DNA from: a virus
Taxonomy: Duplodnaviria > Caudoviricetes
IMG/VR virus record: IMGVR_UViG_3300014205_000181
Location: 1-64,000 of that record
Length of the DNA stretch: 64,000 nucleotides
Direction: 5' to 3' (one strand)
The position numbers and the translations under genes were made by a program. The notes below the pieces were generated by a model, which saw nothing but the letters and a program-made list of their open reading frames with translations, was not told the origin of the DNA and did not search any database. Shown here one piece after another: positions 62,601 through 64,000 of the stretch (position 1 is its first letter; each line of letters begins with the position of its first letter).

Positions 62601-63050
62601 AGTTCCTATGATTCGATGGTCGGCACTTCACAACCATTTTCTATGGGATCAGCAAATGGCAATATCTTCAACCAAAGTGGATTCCAAAAATTCGCTAATG
62701 GAGGAGCATTTACTAATTCAGTGGTCTCTAAGCCTACCATTTTCCCATTCGCCAATGGAGTAGGCTTAATGGGCGAAGCTGGTCCAGAAGCGATTATGCC
62801 ACTAAAGAGAACCTCCAGTGGGGCGTTAGGTGTAGTCTCTGAAGGTGGTGGAGCTGTTACAAATGTAATTATAAATAATAATACCTCTGCAACAGCAACC
62901 ACTTCTGAAACACAGAATTCTTCCGGGGGAAAAGATATAACAGTAATGATTGATGAAGTAGTTGGCAACTTGATAATGTCTGGAAGGGGTAAGACTAATA
63001 AAGCTATGCGCTCTACATTTGGCGCTAATCCGATATTGGCTGGGAGATAA
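59679..63050 (+). CDS. Tail tape measure protein
   Basis: 1123 aa, helical and Ala-rich; central hydrophobic segment; lambda-like C-terminal FVKTGK.SF and MGEAGPEAIMPL. Confidence 0.92.
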   Translation: MIKLGEIFVSLKLDYSQYASDLKKQEQAALTSAQRIEKANVSSNQKIVQSQVDSGSKQLSAYDKFIADKDRLTQRSAAAMIATQDKAAAAIMSNNVRQDALLRKVSDDYTSYDAKAQYTRTQLAQKAAAAQLQIDEKLNASILASKKALNQQRLKEESAAAKGDETSFFAKNVEALTKRILVTSAALTIFYGSMRAIRAEFMAGLAAVEDYELKVASMSAFLTTFSKNLTKTNASEVYRQSNAEAQKLVQTMEILDARTIASGKDLTTMAEQFIKGGIKIDTQNKAAMDGFVNIANALKLLTKGQNQEIQMRQEIRALSQGQVRDQNILVQTLKGIDPQIKEHIKLWKQQGTVLENVGILLKGFGPAAKDLGNTWAVVGSTMETIHNRVLRDAFRPTYESLIESAKAWNAMLMNVDGTLTNFAKTLSFVIGFISKFVENFVTMVAIITPIAAIVGLIAAAFGVLNFAISALTITMLANPLTAGLVVVTMALTAKTVYDLAKSQDSLNDKTKELTNSTYGLNQEINKTGSSSKNNGLLAFLDEATKKASTLYTELNKLKGIDVRGIGGMDKPQVPLISRDVSLTSGTQTAQLATARGEVDKEELDNGIESLKKLKLQLSDQNALYEKNNESSMKYRLSLGDLAKTIRDLESTGQKTTADAWKRSLLMEARTKDELEARTKANKDAVSAQEKADRDRIQSLERYEDLKRSLYKEEKDRLEKSSKTADDYFGKLQNKLESLEASPGETEQLLNWEDKFTEAMFAAGNSVSITSEELDKLYEKMAKFDETMGKTKAKLGQKEVKDSNIRTDKLMEQIFPNQKRELKGETLKDKLDKEKALWNTYTEEQKKLSEMTEEDWTKAYDGIAAQQDTFFNGARDGFDKYATNTTSAFKTASDSVQRAFKGMEDALVEFVKTGKISFTDMVDSMVNDLIRYQVQQSITTPLAEGSSSLLGLAGAAIASYFGGGGGGTPEAFSQVSSYDSMVGTSQPFSMGSANGNIFNQSGFQKFANGGAFTNSVVSKPTIFPFANGVGLMGEAGPEAIMPLKRTSSGALGVVSEGGGAVTNVIINNNTSATATTSETQNSSGGKDITVMIDEVVGNLIMSGRGKTNKAMRSTFGANPILAGR

Positions 63051-63053
63051 AAT

Positions 63054-63401
63054 ATGGCTACTTGGCCTGCAACATTACCACAATTACCTTTAGAAGCAGG
63101 GTATTCTGAGAGCACAATAGATACGTCCATTAGAACATCTATGGACGTTGGCCCAGCTAAAGTTAGGCGTAGGATTTCTGCCGGGACTAGAGATCACCAA
63201 ATGCAATTTATCATGACATCTGCCCAATTGTCAGATTTTAAAACATTCTACGAAACTACCTTATTATCTGGCTCATTATCTTATACTTGGGATCATCCAA
63301 GATCAGGGACAAATTATTCATGGAGGATAAAAAAAGCGCCTCAATGGTCTAAACAAGGAGCGTATTATATTGTTCCTCTTGAATTAGAGCAGATACCATG
63401 A
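63054..63401 (+). CDS. Distal tail protein-like
   Basis: WP..LP, IRTSMDVGPAKVRRR, FY...L..G. Confidence 0.75.
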   Translation: MATWPATLPQLPLEAGYSESTIDTSIRTSMDVGPAKVRRRISAGTRDHQMQFIMTSAQLSDFKTFYETTLLSGSLSYTWDHPRSGTNYSWRIKKAPQWSKQGAYYIVPLELEQIP

Positions 63402-63904
63402 GTCGTTCTACATCTGCTACGTTTAGGGACGCTGTATATCGCCCAGAGACTGGTGAGGTTTATGTTTTATTATTAACTGTTAATCACGATGATTTAACAA
63501 CGCCGATTAGAGTTTCTACTGATAATAATGATACATTTACTGTAGATAGCACAACGGTAAGGGGTACTATATCAAATGGAAATAATTTTATTTATCTTCC
63601 AATGGAGATAACATTGCCTGATGATAGTGATGAGTCTATATCACAGGCAAAAATATCTATAGATAATATAGATAGAGATATTTTAAGAAGTATAAGGTCA
63701 CTTGAATCTCCTCCTACTGTTTCAATTCAGGTTGTGTTGGCATCTTCTCCAAATACATACGAAGCTCAATTCAATAACTTTGTTTTGAGAGACGTAACTG
63801 CTGATTCTTTAGTAATAAGCGGAACCCTATCATTGAGTAATTTTCTTAATGAGCCTTTTCCAGGTGGGACAATACTTCCATCAAACTTTCCTGGTATTTT
63901 CTAA
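63398..63904 (+). CDS. DUF1833-like tail tip protein
   Basis: LLT..H..L..PIR; ISIDN; VLASSP; EPFP; FPG.F. Confidence 0.75.
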   Translation: MSRSTSATFRDAVYRPETGEVYVLLLTVNHDDLTTPIRVSTDNNDTFTVDSTTVRGTISNGNNFIYLPMEITLPDDSDESISQAKISIDNIDRDILRSIRSLESPPTVSIQVVLASSPNTYEAQFNNFVLRDVTADSLVISGTLSLSNFLNEPFPGGTILPSNFPGIF

Positions 63905-64000
63905 TGATTGAAATAGATGTTAGCGAATATTGTGATGTGCCATTTTTAGAGAAAGGTCGGTCTATAGAAGGTTGGGATTGTTGGGGGCCTGCATATATCA
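63904..64000 (+). CDS. NlpC/P60 tail-tip protein (partial)
   Basis: Y..VPF...GR...GWDCWG. Confidence 0.7.
   Translation, partial: MIEIDVSEYCDVPFLEKGRSIEGWDCWGPAYI

Noticed and set aside
1-64000. CRISPR array, integrase or transposase, alternative genetic code
   Set aside because: No regularly spaced repeat-spacer array; no recombinase or transposase motifs seen; TAA, TAG and TGA all end full-length conserved genes

Overview
This is a 64-kb segment of a large, AT-rich tailed phage (Caudoviricetes) with an HK97-fold head and a long non-contractile lambda/SPP1-type tail; it uses the standard genetic code. Bases 1-17.3 kb are leftward small early-type genes driven by a family of sigma70 promoters, and include a DUF932 protein, an AAA ATPase, a phosphoesterase, HTH/HNH modules, a tRNA-like RNA with a 143-nt insert, an attC-like site and a probable ~310-nt ncRNA. 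Bases 17.4-18.1 kb are a repeat-rich, strand-skewed non-coding block that may be the terminus or pac region. Bases 19.5-23.6 kb are leftward NADAR, SLOG, deaminase, C5-methyltransferase and HTH genes, ending at an inverted-repeat (ori-like) divergence point. Bases 24-64 kb are the rightward late module: terminase, portal, a prohead protease fused to an AAA+ ATPase, capsid, 3 tRNAs, neck genes, a ~9-kb glycan-biosynthesis cluster, major tail protein, frameshifted tail chaperones, tape measure and tail tip. Main observations: (1) nine TTAAAGT...CCGATAAG sites matching the flagellar sigma28 (FliA) promoter consensus lie ahead of late genes, HTH modules and the ncRNA; (2) a covarying three-way-junction/pseudoknot RNA motif precedes four unrelated endonuclease genes; (3) a nucleotide-sugar and glycosyltransferase cluster sits inside the virion operon; (4) the prohead protease is fused to an AAA+ ATPase. 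All protein calls come from motif recognition by eye; no database searches were run.
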